DNA of 64,000 nucleotides from Macrostomum lignano (Eukaryota). Each line of letters begins with the position of its first letter. Within the stretch, counting starts at the first letter, position 1. The DNA is taken from positions 1 to 64,000 of the forward strand of contig NIVC01001840.1 of NCBI GenBank assembly GCA_002269645.1, read 5' to 3'. Shown here piece after piece: positions 36,296 through 48,479 of this stretch. Position numbers and translations under genes: made by a program. Under the pieces are notes generated by a model that saw nothing but the letters and a program-made list of their open reading frames with translations, did not search any database and had not been told where the DNA came from.

Positions 36296-36374
36296 ATGAT
36301 GATGATGAGTTCTCTCGGCTACAAGCGCCAACCAAGCATTCTGACTCTGCAATCCTGTGTCTCATTCCTACCGC
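36296..36374 (+). CDS. Gfrl: Candidate exon 1 of GFRa-like gene (MMMMSSLGYKRQPSILTLQSCVSFLP)
   Basis: ATG run 21 nt after a strong acceptor (CTCTCTCTCTAG at 36274). Phase-1 donor C|GTTTGT at 36375 joins in frame to exon 2. The donor is weak, so this exon is speculative. Confidence 0.45.
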
Positions 36375-36460
36375 GTTTGTCCAATTTCGAATCTACGAAA
36401 ATCTCGTCTTTTGGAGACGCTGTCTAGGTTGGATGATTGGCTAGATTAGCAATCCATTCT

Positions 36461-36769
36461 AAAAATAAAAATAATTGACTTACACCTGCCCCAATGGGCA
36501 GATGTGCAGCCGACAGCTCTGCCGCAGCTATTGCGCGGCGCATCTGAAGGCTGCGTACGGCTGTTCAGTCCAAGGACTGGGGGGGTCGCCACACACACCC
36601 TCAATTACCTCAGCTAGTGTTGGCATCCATTTTACAGCTGGGTGAACTGAAGCAATGCAGAGTTAAGTGTCTCGCTCAAGGACACAAATTGTTCCGAGTG
36701 AATCGAGAATCGAACCCCCGACCGACTCAGTCGTGAGTCCGACGCTCTGACCACTAGGCCACAACCCCC
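36461..36769 (-). mobile_element. tRNA-derived SINE, full-length copy
   Basis: Minus strand: A box GTGGCCTAGTGGTCAGAGC, B box GGGTTCGATTC, conserved SINE-core-like GTGTCCTTGAGCGAGACACTTAACTC..CACCCAGCTGTAAAATGG, and an AT-rich tail. A second copy lies at 44227-44429. Confidence 0.85.
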
Positions 36770-36845
36770 GTCTATAGGCTACAATCCATTCTATTCCTTC
36801 ATCAATGCTGGCTAGACTAGCAATCCATCCCAACCCCCTCTCCAG

Positions 36846-36995
36846 CTGCAGGTATCCTGCTGCTCATCTTGCCACTGTGCTCAGCCGAAGTCTCCGCCAG
36901 ACAGGTCAAGTTCTGTCACATGGTTAACGACAGTTGCTACCAGCGCTCGGAATGCGGCTCGAAGCTCAGCCTGGTTCGCACCCTCTGCAGGGACC
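36846..36995 (+). CDS. Gfrl: GFRa-like exon 2: signal peptide and first half of GFRa domain 1
   Basis: Acceptor CCCCCTCTCCAG|. Reads AGILLLILPLCSAEVSARQVKFCHMVNDSCYQRSECGSKLSLVRTLCRD, with Cys spacing like GFRa1 D1. Donor C|GTGAGT at 36996. 150 nt, phase 1-1. Not in the ORF track. Confidence 0.85.
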
Positions 36996-37849
36996 GTGAG
37001 TTTCAAAATCTAATCTATGAGTTATAGTGGATGCCATCACAGAGCTATTGTTATTGATGCATAACATCTTCCATGTATTTTATTATCATCAATGATTTGC
37101 CTGTCTTTACCATCCCTTTGTCAATTGTGGTGTGAGGTAGGAAAAAAATAGTTTCAGTTTTACTGACTTGATTGAAAAAAATCTTGATCTTCCTTCCTTT
37201 TCTCATATTACTCACTGGACATTTGGGGAGAATTGATGCTGAACGCGTTGTCTGCTTCCTCAGTAACAGGCACCCTTTTTCTGTTTCTATTCGTATCCTT
37301 CGTGGTCTGCGTTTTCTTTTGTGCAGTCCGGGACGCACTTTTTTCAGTTTAGGATTTTTCCCCAAAGCGCGATAAAACTATAACTAGTACGAGTATGTGT
37401 CGAGACTCCTTCTCACCCCGACTGTGAACCACCCCCCCCCCTTGAGGGGGTGATTTGAGTAAGGCTGAGGAACTTCCTGCAACTGCACAATGGCGGGCGC
37501 ATCTGTGCCTATAGTTTACAATACATGTATATAAAAAAGTGGATAGCTTTCCTTATTGGGACCCTGCTTAGCCAACTGATTTCCCAGGACGATATCTCCT
37601 GGAATTTTCCTCACTTTTTATCATTTCTGCTCCCCTCCTCGGGTTTGATCCCAACTCCAAGGAGACCTTATAGAAATAGATCCTGGAGTCAGTAAGAACT
37701 CACTTCCAGCAGCCGCCAGCCACTTTCAGACAACTGTAGGCTCACTACTCTGATCACTGCTCTCCTCTAAGGAGCACAGCTGCAAGCAGGAGTTTTAATT
37801 TAAGGGGCCGCAGCCCTGTGGGGCGCCAATGTTTGCTGTCTTGGTGGGA

Positions 37850-38528
37850 GCCCCTGTCGCTTGGGTGGGCGCCCCTGTCTCTTGGGTGGGCGTCCCTGTC
37901 TCCTGGGTGGGCGCCCCTGTCTCTTGAGTGGGCACCCCTGTCTCTTGGGTGGGCGCCCCTGTCTCTTGGGCGGGCGTCCCTGTCTCTTGGGTGGGCGCCC
38001 CTGTCTCTTGGGCGGGCGTCCCTGTCTCTTGGGCGGGCGTCCCTGTCTCTTAGTGGGCGCCCTGTCTCTTGGGTGGGCGTCCCTGTCTCCTAGGTGGGCG
38101 CCCCTGTCTCCTAGGTGGGCGCCCCTGTCTCCTAGCTAGGTGCCCCTGTCTCTTGAGTGGGCGCCCCTGTCTCTTGGGTGGGCGCCCCTCTCTCTTTGGT
38201 GGGCGTCCCTGTCTCTTGGGTGGGCGCCCCTGTCTCTTGGGCGGGCGTCCCTGTCTCTTAGTGGGCGCCCTGTCTCTTGGGTGGGCGTCCCTGTCTCCTA
38301 GGTGGGCGCCCCTGTCTCCTAGGTGGGCGCCCCTGTCTCCTAGCTAGGTGCCCCTGTCTCTTGAGTGGGCGCCCCTGTCTCTTGGGTGGGCGCCCCTCTC
38401 TCTTTGGTGGGCGTCCCTGTCTCTTGGGTGGGCGCCCCTGTCTCTTTGGTGGGCGCCCCTGTCTCTTGGGTGGGCGTCCCTGTCTCCTAGGTAGGCGCCC
38501 CTGTCTCCTAGGTGGGCGCCCCTGTCTC
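37850..38528. repeat. 21-bp GC-rich minisatellite (GGGTGGGCGCCCCTGTCTCTT) with a 208-bp internal duplication
   Basis: 7-aa period GGRPCLL; ORFs at 38069 and 38277 are near-identical, 208 bp apart. Confidence 0.97.
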
Positions 38529-39314
38529 ATTGGTTGTCGCTCCTACCCCCGTCTTCTAGGCCAGTGGATGGCACATCCATGAAGTGACAAAAGTTGAGTT
38601 CCTTCGTTATTCGTCTAGCTGCAGGGGGGTAGGGGTCACTCTATAGGGGGAGTGGGGGCAGTTATCAGTTTGGTCAACCTAATCCACAGGTAATTCATTG
38701 GTTATAAATTTAGTCTCGCTTTGAAGCTGTACAAATCAATACTGCAGCTTAGGAAGAGTCCTTGTTAGAGTCGTATAGGGAGGCTGCGTTATGATCCAAT
38801 CCAGGCATATATCCAACAACTAAGAGCTACTCTCGAGTACTCGTATTACTTGCTCTTTTGCCTGGATACTTGTTTAATACGTAAAGCATGCCTGAGACTA
38901 GAGGCCTCAGTTTGAGTCGAGAGTGATTTGCTAAGATGGCGCACTTCTTCAAGTCCTGTATTGCCCACTCCTCCCTCCTAGCAGCATTAGTAAGTACACG
39001 CGAAGTAGCGGCTTAAATTTGAAATCCCATCTGTTAAAAGCGAGGGAAGCATTAGTTTAGAGTAATTTCCTTTCTTGAGGAGCATCCCTAAGCTACTCAA
39101 AAATATTCTCCTTGACTCTGAGGGGCTTCCTGGGCGCTTTATAACGACATCATTCCATTAAAGCTAAATAGCGGGGAGGGAAATTGTCCCCGATTTCTTT
39201 AAACTGGCTCGGCTAAGACCGACATTCGGTCCGCATGCTGTGAGCTCGCGATTCGCTAAATTTTCTGACCTTGGCTTGGGGTGCTGATACTTGAATTTTC
39301 TGACTTCATTTAGT

Positions 39315-39425
39315 TTGGCTAGATTAGCAATCCGTTCTATTCCTTCATCCGTGATATTGGCTAGATTAGCAATCCATTCTATTCCTTCATCCGTGATATT
39401 GGCTAGATTAGCAATCCATTCTATT
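39315..39425 (+). repeat. Short array (2.5 copies) of the dispersed 42-bp family
   Basis: TTGGCTAGATTAGCAATCCATTCTATTCCTTCATCCGTGATA, the same unit as 7915-9712. Confidence 0.92.
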
Positions 39426-40287
39426 GAAGTGAGGATAAGTTGGTTTATACATGTAAAGAAGTGATACCAGGACCCATAAAAACCCTTTAGCTCATATTCT
39501 TCGAAACACTTTCTAATTTCCAGGCCGCTTCTATTATATTTATATGCTTCTCAATAGTCTCATAGATAGACGCAAGTGACAGACAAATATCAGTTGGTCG
39601 TTGAAACCTCGCACACGTGGGGTGCTTTTGTGAATGACACTATCATGGTAGCCCTCACATTGAACAGGGTTTGCTAATAGCAATCTGATAAAAGCTTTTC
39701 TAATACCTATCAACTAATCAGTTTGTATGCGGGCTCTGAAAAGCTTTGTCGGCGATGCGTCTTGCTTGACTTGTCAATATTGCGTCATTCGCGCGTTATA
39801 AAAAATTGCCTTATACTATATTGTAAGGCTGTCAATATAAACAGCTTGCCACCACTGAAAATGCAACTGGTAAGGTTTCATCAGGCAGATTTTCAAATTG
39901 GGAGTCTATATTTGCCCCTCATCCGGTTACCGGCTTTAGATGGCTTCCTATAGTTCCTATACACTCAGCAATTTTCTGAATTGAATGCACAAAGCTCTAT
40001 TATAGCTACTTGCTAAACCGGCTTCGCCTTAGCAACTGTATTAACCTATGCAAATGTCAAATACGCCAAAAACGTTTTTTTGTATCTATGCGCAGTTTTG
40101 GTGGAGTTCCGCTTTGTAAGTGACATTTTTGATACGATATAGGGATATATTTAATCAACTGAGTAATTATTCCTAAATTAAACAGGCCTTTAGATTTAAC
40201 TTCTCAAACTAAGCAATGAGTCCACTGATTTAAACATCTGAATTGAGTTTGGCATCCTAACAGATTCTGATAATGGCGCCTCTAATT

Positions 40288-40942
40288 TTGAAAGTGGCAC
40301 CTCCGGATTGAAAGTGGCATCTCTGGATTGAAAGTGGCACCTCCGGATTGAAAGTGGCATCTCCGGATTGAAAGTGGCACCTCCGGATTGAAAGTGACAT
40401 CCCCGGGTTGAAAGTGGCATCTCTGGATTGAAAGTGGCACCTCCGGATTGAAAGTGGCATCTCCGGATTGAAAGTGGCACCTCCGGATTGAAAGTGGCAC
40501 ATCCAGATTGAAAGTGGCATCTCCGGATTGAAAGTGGCACATCCAGATTGAAAGTGGCATCTCCGGATTGAACGTGGCACATCCAGATTAAAATTGGCAT
40601 CTCCGGATTGAAAGTGGCACCTCCGGATTGAAAGTGGCATCTCCGGATTGAAAGTGGCATCTCTGGATTGAAAGTGGCACCTCCGGATTGAAAGTGGCAT
40701 CTCCGGATTGAAAGTGGCATCTCCGGATTGAAAGTGGCACCTCCGGATTGAAAGTGGCATCTCCGGATTGAAAGTGGCACCTCCGGATTGAAAGTGGCAT
40801 CTCCGGATTGAAAGTGGCACCTCCGGATTGAAAGTGGCACCTCCGGATTGAAAGTGGCATCTCCGGATTGAAAGTGGCACCTCCGGATTGAAAGTGGCAT
40901 CTCCGGATTGAAAGTGGCACATACAGATCAAAAGTGGCACCT
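40288..40942. repeat. 20-bp minisatellite (GATTGAAAGTGGCACCTCCG), ~32 copies
   Basis: Direct tandem repeat, period 20. Confidence 0.98.
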
Positions 40943-41721
40943 TGAATTTGTAAACTGAAGTCTCCATTTCCTTCTGTAAAATAAGTGAGTTCAATTTTCT
41001 TACTCCTTTACAATTCAGTGAGGCGAGCGAATTATGTTCCTGGGTTTTTATTGTAAGCATGAAAGGATTTTTTTAATCAGCCAGTCTGTCTGTGACTTAA
41101 ACAAATTTAATACGGTGCAAGATTTTAATGGGATTTTGTTAAACTTAGCTCGACAAGCTTCAATGGTCAAAACGACGAGGATGAAGCAAGTTCGGAGTCT
41201 GTTCAGACTCAGTCTCATGCTACGCTGATTTCTCAACTCCCGCTCCGTTTTTTGTTCTAAAAAGCGACACCTCACAGTCGGTGCTCAGCGAGGCGGAAGA
41301 CTAAACGAAACGGATATGGAGAGCTGCTCTAGTTGCTCGATCGGGGGGCTGAGGAGAGAGAGAGTGAGAGCTCTTGTGATTGATGAGAAAGTTTAATTTA
41401 AAAAAACGGGTATTTTTTGTTCCTCCCGAGTGAGAAAGTCTGGGAGACATGGCTAGTGGAAAAATACAATCCATCAAATTTGGTATTGGTGTCAGCTTCT
41501 TGCGGATCTGACAGTTTTATTTCTGCATTTATCTGTGAACTGTTCATGCAAAGAAGGTAGAATCCATGTTCTAGTATAACTTAAAATGAAAACTACCTGA
41601 ACCAGTCAACTATGGCTGACTTAATTAATTAAAAATATTCCAATTGTAAATTAACATTTCGGCATCGAAATTATGTTTTGGAGACAAATATTAAAAAACG
41701 TTCTTTTTCTGACACTTATAT

Positions 41722-41970
41722 TTTCAAAATGGCACTTTGATGGCAACGCGAAACTTGTTAAAATGACATTTTGATGGCACCGCGAGACCTTTAAAAATGG
41801 CACTTTGATGGCACCGCGAGACCTTTAAAAATGGCACTTTATGACACTCAAGACCTTTAAAAATGACGCTTTGATGGCACAGCGAGACCTGTCTAAATGG
41901 CACTTTGATGACACTCGAGACCCATAAAAAGGGCACTTTATTGGCACCGCGAGACTTGTCAAAATGACAC
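41722..41970. repeat. 34-bp minisatellite (GCACCGCGAGACCTTTAAAAATGGCACTTTGATG), ~7 copies
   Basis: Period 34 measured (41777 to 41811). Confidence 0.9.
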
Positions 41971-42440
41971 GTACATATTAAAGCATGATCTATATTTTTA
42001 AAAGAGAATATTTTCTTGCACTCACATTAGTGATGAGTTTATTTTTAGTAACAGCACCCCGCAGAGAATCCATTTATTATAGATAGCCATACTCAAGTTT
42101 AATAGCATGCATTTCGCAGCCGATATTGTTGTTGAATTCGTAAATTATTTTAATACAGTTTGATGGACTCTATTGTGCCTGGCACATAATTAATCTAGCA
42201 CAGAGCACGCACGCATCTGCGCGCCGCGAATTTAGTTTCATTTCTCATGCGTTGGTCAATTGGCTAGTAGATGCTATTTCTGATGCGCTCGAGTATTGCT
42301 GTCAGTTCGTTACACATAACGCGCATGGAAAATCTAAGTAGAATTGCACAAATTTCATTGGAAGCCACAGAAAAAAATGAATCTCTGTACTAGAAGCCGG
42401 TTTTTCACTGCTGCTAGAAAGTTTTCAGTTAACACGAAGA

Positions 42441-42790
42441 CTGGATTACACAAACTATTTGGATTACACAAACTGACTAGATTACACAAACTAATTGCAT
42501 TACACAGACTGACTAGATTACACAAAATAATTGGATTACACAAAATAATTGGATTACACAAACTAACTGGATTACACAAACCGATTGGATTACACAAACT
42601 GACTAGATTACACAAACTAATTGGATTACACAAACGAATTGGATTACACAAACTGACTAGATTACACAAACCATTTGGATTACACAAACTGATCAAATTA
42701 CACAAGCTTATTAGATTACACAAATTGGATCAGATTACACACATAGAGTACTTGTCGATTATACGAACTGACTTGATTACACGAATTGCA
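42441..42790. repeat. 18-bp minisatellite (GGATTACACAAACTGACT-type)
   Basis: 6-aa period GLHKLI. Confidence 0.95.
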
Positions 42791-43569
42791 TGTACTTAAA
42801 TTACACAGGCAGAATAGATTACGGATATTAATTAGAATACAGAATCTAAATTTCTAAATCTAAATCTAAACTAAATTTTACAAGCATACTTCATTACTCT
42901 CACAATATCTACTCAGATCACGTATCCAGAATGTACACAAAAAGCATCAGGAGAAGAATCAAGCGCTTATTTTTGTTGCTAAATTGTTTGCCCCAGCAAC
43001 TAACTGCGCAGGTAAATACTCGAACTTTCACTCTCATTCTGGTTTGCTCCGCTTAGCCCTTAATGAGGGCCCAAGCTCTTGAAATCGGACACTTCGGTTG
43101 CTGGTCGGGTAGCTAGCCGCAAGGATTTCGAAAACTTCAAGCATGTAGCGAGTGCCCCTACCTGGCGAAGAGTCTATATATGCCTACCCATGTTCCTTGC
43201 CTATGCATTCGCGCAAAAATAGATCCTACACTCTGATATTACAATACGATTTGAACTTTCAACAAAAATATTCTAGAAAAGAGAAATATTTAGCACTAGG
43301 TCGAGAGTAGAAAAATGTTAGCTAGAATTTAAGCTTAAACGGTCATTTAAAGTTGAAAGTGTACGAGTTAGACTATTTTTTACTAGAGGCAGGGGCTGTG
43401 TGCACCCTGGCGCACTTTAAGCGAAATTGTCGCACAACCGACGAGAGGCATTACTGCCCATTCCACCGACTCCCCTGAGCAGGCACACAAGCGCGCAGAT
43501 ACGTCATACGCACAGGCACACACTCACACAGGAGTGTACAGCGGCCTTGACTTTATTTATCGTTAGGCA

Positions 43570-43747
43570 TGTACACTTCACTGTGCCTTGGGGGTTGGCC
43601 TTCAACTTCAAGGCAATTAATTGCACAAGTAGACCTATGCCGAGATTACTATATAGCTCCGGACTAATGTGACTGCACTTGGAATCGAGCCTGGACCTCT
43701 GGAACATAAATTTAAGAGCGCCGCGCCAGACCACTAGGCTACGTCCC
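43570..43747 (-). mobile_element. Second tRNA-headed SINE-like sequence (different family)
   Basis: Minus strand GGGACGTAGCCTAGTGGTCTGGCGCGG..GAGGTCCAGGCTCGATTCC has A and B boxes at tRNA spacing. The body is unrelated to the 36461 SINE and the 3' end is undefined. Confidence 0.55.
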
Positions 43748-44226
43748 TCCCTCCCCCCCCTACAGGTTGGGCCATAGACAACACGCAAACTCCTGGCTGA
43801 AAAAAATTCGCCTTGAAATTCAAGCAAGCCTAGAATTGGACATCCAGACTTGCAATATACAAAACTACTCGTAGTCGTTTAACATCAGTCTGAAAAGTGA
43901 TAACTAAACACCGACTTCTGTTACTACCGGTAATTCCAAGGTCTGCTGCTGCAGTCAGCTAAAGGTTCACTGTATCCGTGCAAAGTCAAATCGCTTTTTT
44001 GAATTATGCTGGCTCTCAGTCTGTGACAAAACTCTATGGCCACGTATGACTCAAATATCATGTATTTGCTCACTTAAAAACTCCTTTCCTTAAACATCGG
44101 GTTCGTTGCGACTTTGACAGCTGAAGTCTAACTATAGACATAAAATTCGAAGATGTATTTAGTTAAAATATATAGGATTTATTGTAAATATGTGAAAAAG
44201 GTTGTAGTCTAGTGTAGTCTAGTCTA

Positions 44227-44429
44227 GCGACTCACGACTGAGTCGGTCGGGGTTCGATTCTCGACCCACTGAGAACAATTTGTGTTCTTGACCAAGACAC
44301 TTGTGTGGCGACCCCCAGTCCTTGGACTGAACAGCCGTACGCAGACTTCAGATGCGCCGCGCAATAGCTGCGGCTGAGCTGTCGGTTGCACATCTGCTCA
44401 TTAGGGCAGGTGTAATCAAATATTATTAT
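44227..44429 (+). mobile_element. 5'-truncated, internally deleted copy of the 36461-36769 SINE (opposite orientation)
   Basis: GACTCACGACTGAGTCGGTCGGGGTTCGATTCTCG..CAGTCCTTGGACTGAACAGCCGTACGCAG..GCGCCGCGCAATAGCTGCGG..GGGCAGGTGTAA matches the reverse complement of copy 1. Confidence 0.9.
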
Positions 44430-44924
44430 GGGAAAGAAATTTAAATACAGCTAAATTCTCATTAAACCTAAGTTAAGCTGGGTTTGTGTGGTATAGTCAA
44501 GCACCATTTTCTTCGATTTCAATTTCACTAAACATTCTTTTCAAATCTTGCAGTGACCGCGGGCCTCCACGGGCCTGTGTGTGTGTGACCTCTCGATTGC
44601 AGTCAGACTTTCGGTTTTTTATAGTTTTCAACTTTTTTACACTAGCCTGGCTGCCTGTAGAATATGACAGCGCGACAAAAGCGCAAAGGGTCACTTCAAA
44701 TTTACAACTGACAGTTGGCAGAAGAAACTTGCGAAGCTTGTGGCTGTTTTTAATTGCTGGATCTGTCAAAAGAAACACACAGTTTCTTTGGCCAAGAAAA
44801 ATTATTGTATATTGAAACTCTGAACTGAAAAATATAATACTTAATGCATTTGCGCATTCTAATATTTTGACAGATTAATGTTTTATCTACAAAGCTAAGG
44901 AATTAGGGATTTAGAAATTTAAGG

Positions 44925-45440
44925 ATCTAGTAGAGATCTAAGGATCTAGACATCTGAGAATCTAGAGGTATATGGATGTAGAGATCTAAGGATCTAATAG
45001 AAATCTGAGAATCTAGAAGCTTATGGATGAAGAGATTTAAGGAACTAGACATCTCAGAATCCAGAGGTCTATGGATTTAATATCTCCATAGAGAGATCTC
45101 CGTAGAGATCTAAAGATCTAGATATCTATGGATGCAGAGATCTAAGGATCTAAATATCTATGGATGTAGAGATCTCAGGATCTAGATATCTATGGGTATA
45201 GAGATCTCAGGATCTAGATATCTATGTATGCAGAGATCTAAGGATCTAGATATCTATGGATGTAGAGATCTCAGGATCTAGATACTAGATATCTATGTAT
45301 GCAAATTTCTAAGGATCTACGAGTGTATTAAAGATCTGAGAATCTAGAGGTTTAAGTATGTAGAGATAGAAGGATCTAAACATTTGAGAGTCTAGAGATC
45401 TCAGAATCTAGATATCCATGGATATAGAATCTAGGCTCTA
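44925..45440. repeat. 32-bp degenerate minisatellite (GATCTAGATATCTATGGATGTAGAGATCTCAG)
   Basis: Period 32 measured (45121 to 45153). Confidence 0.92.
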
Positions 45441-46194
45441 GAAATTTACTCATAAAGATTGCGAAAGCACTTAGAAGATCATTGAATCCTGGAAACTTGT
45501 GCCTGGACTCGAAGCTCAGACCCGGGCTTTCGGATTTTCCAAGGCTTTCCTGGAAGTGCATAAACAGTTTTTTGTCCTTAGTGTCCCTAGTTTGAGTCCT
45601 TCTAGCCGATGGATTTAGCTATAGACCTATTGGCAGGGTCGCCCTGGCGTTAAGCCTTCAGAACTTCCCTCGCCCCTTGTACAGAAAATCCTTCTCAGAA
45701 AAGGAATTTGTTTTCCTAGGAATTCCAAGATTAAATGCTTCTGTCGGACACATGCGCAGACGCTTGAGCTAGTCTAGCTAAAAAACAACATTGGTGGACA
45801 GCGGCAGAAATTTGATTGGCTTTGATTTTCCTTCAAGAAATTGGCTGCAGAGCGGCCTGAGACCAGGCAGGCGCATTCATCATTTCATTGGCCCGACGAG
45901 AAACTCAATTCCACACGGATTGAAATCGAGAGTGCTGCTGCGGAGAGAGATCAGCGGAACGGAAGGGGAGCGGGGAGCGGGGTGTGAGAAATTAGGCAAT
46001 AGGGTGAGAGGGAGGGAGGAATGATAAAGTGGCTCATGGAAATTGGAATCACTGCCGAGGTGACCAATCGGTCAAGCGTGATAGCAAAATTTTTGTTTAG
46101 GATCTTTTTTAGCCAGCTGTGAAACTTTATTATCTATCGGTTCTGCTCCCGCTAGCCTCTTCGGCCTCCGTGGCATGCTTAGCTGGGTGGATTG

Positions 46195-46790
46195 CTAGAA
46201 ACTAGTTTATCCAACATCACAGATGAAGGAATAGAATGGATTGCTAATCTATAGCCAACATCACAGATGAAGCAATAGAATGGATTGCTAATCTATAGCC
46301 AACATCACAGATGAAGGAATAGAATGGATTGCTAATCTATAGCCAACATCACAGATGAATGAATAGAATGGATTGCTAATCTATAGCCAACATCACAGAT
46401 GAATGAATAGAATGGATTGCTAATCTATAGCCAACATCACAGATGAATGAATAGAATGGATTGCTAATCTATAGCCAACATCACAGATAAATGAATAGAA
46501 TGGATTGCTAATCTATAGCCAACATCACAGATAAATGAATAGAATGGATTGCTAATCTATAGCCAACATCACAGATGAATGAATAGAATGGATTGCTAAT
46601 CTATAGCCAACATCACAGATAAATGAATAGAATGGATTGCTAATCTATAGCCAACATCACAGATAAATGAATAGAATGGATTGCTAATCTATAGCCAACA
46701 TCACAGATGAAGGAATATAATGGATAGCTAATCTAGCCAGCATTACAGAAAAATGAATAGAATGGATTGCTAATCTAGCCAACATCATGG
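46195..46790 (-). repeat. 44-bp variant of the dispersed 42-bp family, reverse orientation, ~13 copies
   Basis: CCAACATCACAGATGAATGAATAGAATGGATTGCTAATCTATAG is the reverse complement of the 42-bp unit plus a TA insertion. Period 44 measured; terminal copies lack the insertion. Confidence 0.95.
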
Positions 46791-47102
46791 AATGTAGTAA
46801 TAGAACAAATTAACATCCTGTCTGTCTGTTATGTCTAGAGGAACGTTAGTACCAGCAGTTCCTATCTCAGGAGATTATTATTCAGCAGCTCGAAGTGTCA
46901 GCTTCTTTTTAGCCAGCCTATGGATTATGGAGCTCACTGGCCTCACTGGCCTCTTGCAGTTCTCAACCCATGGGAGAGAAGATCAGCTGCTAGTTTGGCT
47001 GGGATTTGATGTGCTGCTGCTAAAGTGCAAAAATACAGGCAATAAAGATGGCTAATCCGAAACCTGTAATAAACGATGAGGTATTTTTTCCACCATCCGC
47101 AG

Positions 47103-47321
47103 TCGGCAAATGCCAGCTGGAGCTGCCGAACGAGTTGGAAATCTGTTTGGAACACCTGAACAACTTGCACAAGATGGAACCGGGCTTGGAGTGCTTCTGC
47201 CCCAAATCCATCGAACCGCCAAGCGAACTAACGCGCTGCATGAACGTCTGGGAATACCTGTTCAACCATCCCTGCAAACTGGCGGCCGGCAGGTCTGCTC
47301 CTGGCGGCGTGCGACTGCCAG
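47103..47321 (+). CDS. Gfrl: GFRa-like exon 3: second half of GFRa domain 1
   Basis: Acceptor TTTTTTCCACCATCCGCAG| at 47102 gives the required phase 1. Reads GKCQLELPNELEICLEHLNNLHKMEPGLECFCPKSIEPPSELTRCMNVWEYLFNHPCKLAAGRSAPGGVRLP, supplying Cys5-10 including CxC and the FNHPC end. Donor CCAG|GTTTGC at 47322. 219 nt. Confidence 0.85.
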
Positions 47322-47336
47322 GTTTGCTCTTGGAAT

Positions 47337-47895
47337 TACCTACCTGCCTACCTGCCTACCTGCCTACCTGCCTACCTGCCTACCTGCCTATCTGCCTACT
47401 TGCCTATCTACCTACCTACTTACCCACCTACCTGCCTACCTACCTGTCTACCTGCCAACCTACCTTATCTACCTGCCTACCTGCCTATCTAGCTGCCTAC
47501 CTACCTACCTACTTGCCTACTTGACTATCTACCTACCTGCCTACCTGCCTACCTGCCTACCTGCCTATCTGCCTACTTGCCTATCTACCTACCTACTTAC
47601 CCACCTACCTGCCTACCTACCTGTCTACCTGCCAACCTTACCTTATCTACCTGCCTACCTGTCTATCTAGCTGCCTACCTACCTACCTACTTGCCTACTT
47701 GACTATCTACGTACCTGCCTACCTAACTAGCTAGCTACCTAGCTACCTACCTACCTACCTGACTATCTACATGCCTGGCTGCCTAACTACCTACCTGCCT
47801 ACGCCTACCTACCTCTCTACCTGCCTACCTATACCTACCTACCTGACTGCCCACCTAACTGCCTGCCTACCTGTCTGCCTACCTATCCGCCTAAA
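47337..47895. repeat. (CCTA/CCTG)n compound tetranucleotide repeat with a ~175-bp internal duplication
   Basis: Starts ~15 bp after the donor at 47322. Confidence 0.97.
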
Positions 47896-48479
47896 TGTAC
47901 CTGACATCTATTTAGTCCAGCCTAGTCTAGCACATCTCAATCGCTAACAACTCTGGCAAGCTATCATATACATTGGTTAATGACACCGCTGCAGCCTCTT
48001 TAACAGCAAAGCATACATTTATCAAAGAGAGTGACAGATCAAACAGATGGGCCTCTATAGATTGATAGATCAAGATCCCTCCCTGGGATGAGGGGGGTCC
48101 TTTGTGGCAGCCCGCTATATTCAGTTTTATTAGAATAATCTCCATACAACCTTTGCCTCTTCGCTTCTGCCGTATGTCTGCGAGGTATTGCAAATCGATG
48201 CATAGCTACTACCGGTAATAGCGAGGGGCTGGATCGTCGCAGACGCCGCAATACCTTAATGATCTGCCCGATCAGCGGGGGCTGGTAGAGTTGGTTGGTA
48301 TTGCTTGGCCTCGATAATTATGCAGCTTGTGAATGTCGCAACTGACTGATCTATCTTGTTAAATATGAAACTCTGCTACTGGAATGGCTTATAAAGTTAT
48401 ATGTCATCGGATCTCTGCGTGTTCTGAGAGAATAGATAGTAAGATTAGATCATATGTAATCGGATGAAAAAAAGTTGAT

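Noticed and set aside
37051-37365. Possible piggyBac transposase relic (LPKCPVSNMRK, NNSSVMAST, DNAFS)
   Set aside because: The motifs are short, in different frames and wrongly spaced, with no TTAA-flanked TIRs. It needs a tBLASTn/HMM test.
40940-41060. SLNCKG motif suggesting an L1/Tx1 endonuclease start
   Set aside because: No downstream EN motifs were recovered on the far side of the 20-bp array.
47039-47102. Extending GFRL exon 3 to the acceptor at 47038 or the ATG at 47048
   Set aside because: These are phase 0 and incompatible with the phase-1 donor at 36996. The acceptor at 47102 has a better pyrimidine tract and restores normal Cys4-Cys5 spacing.
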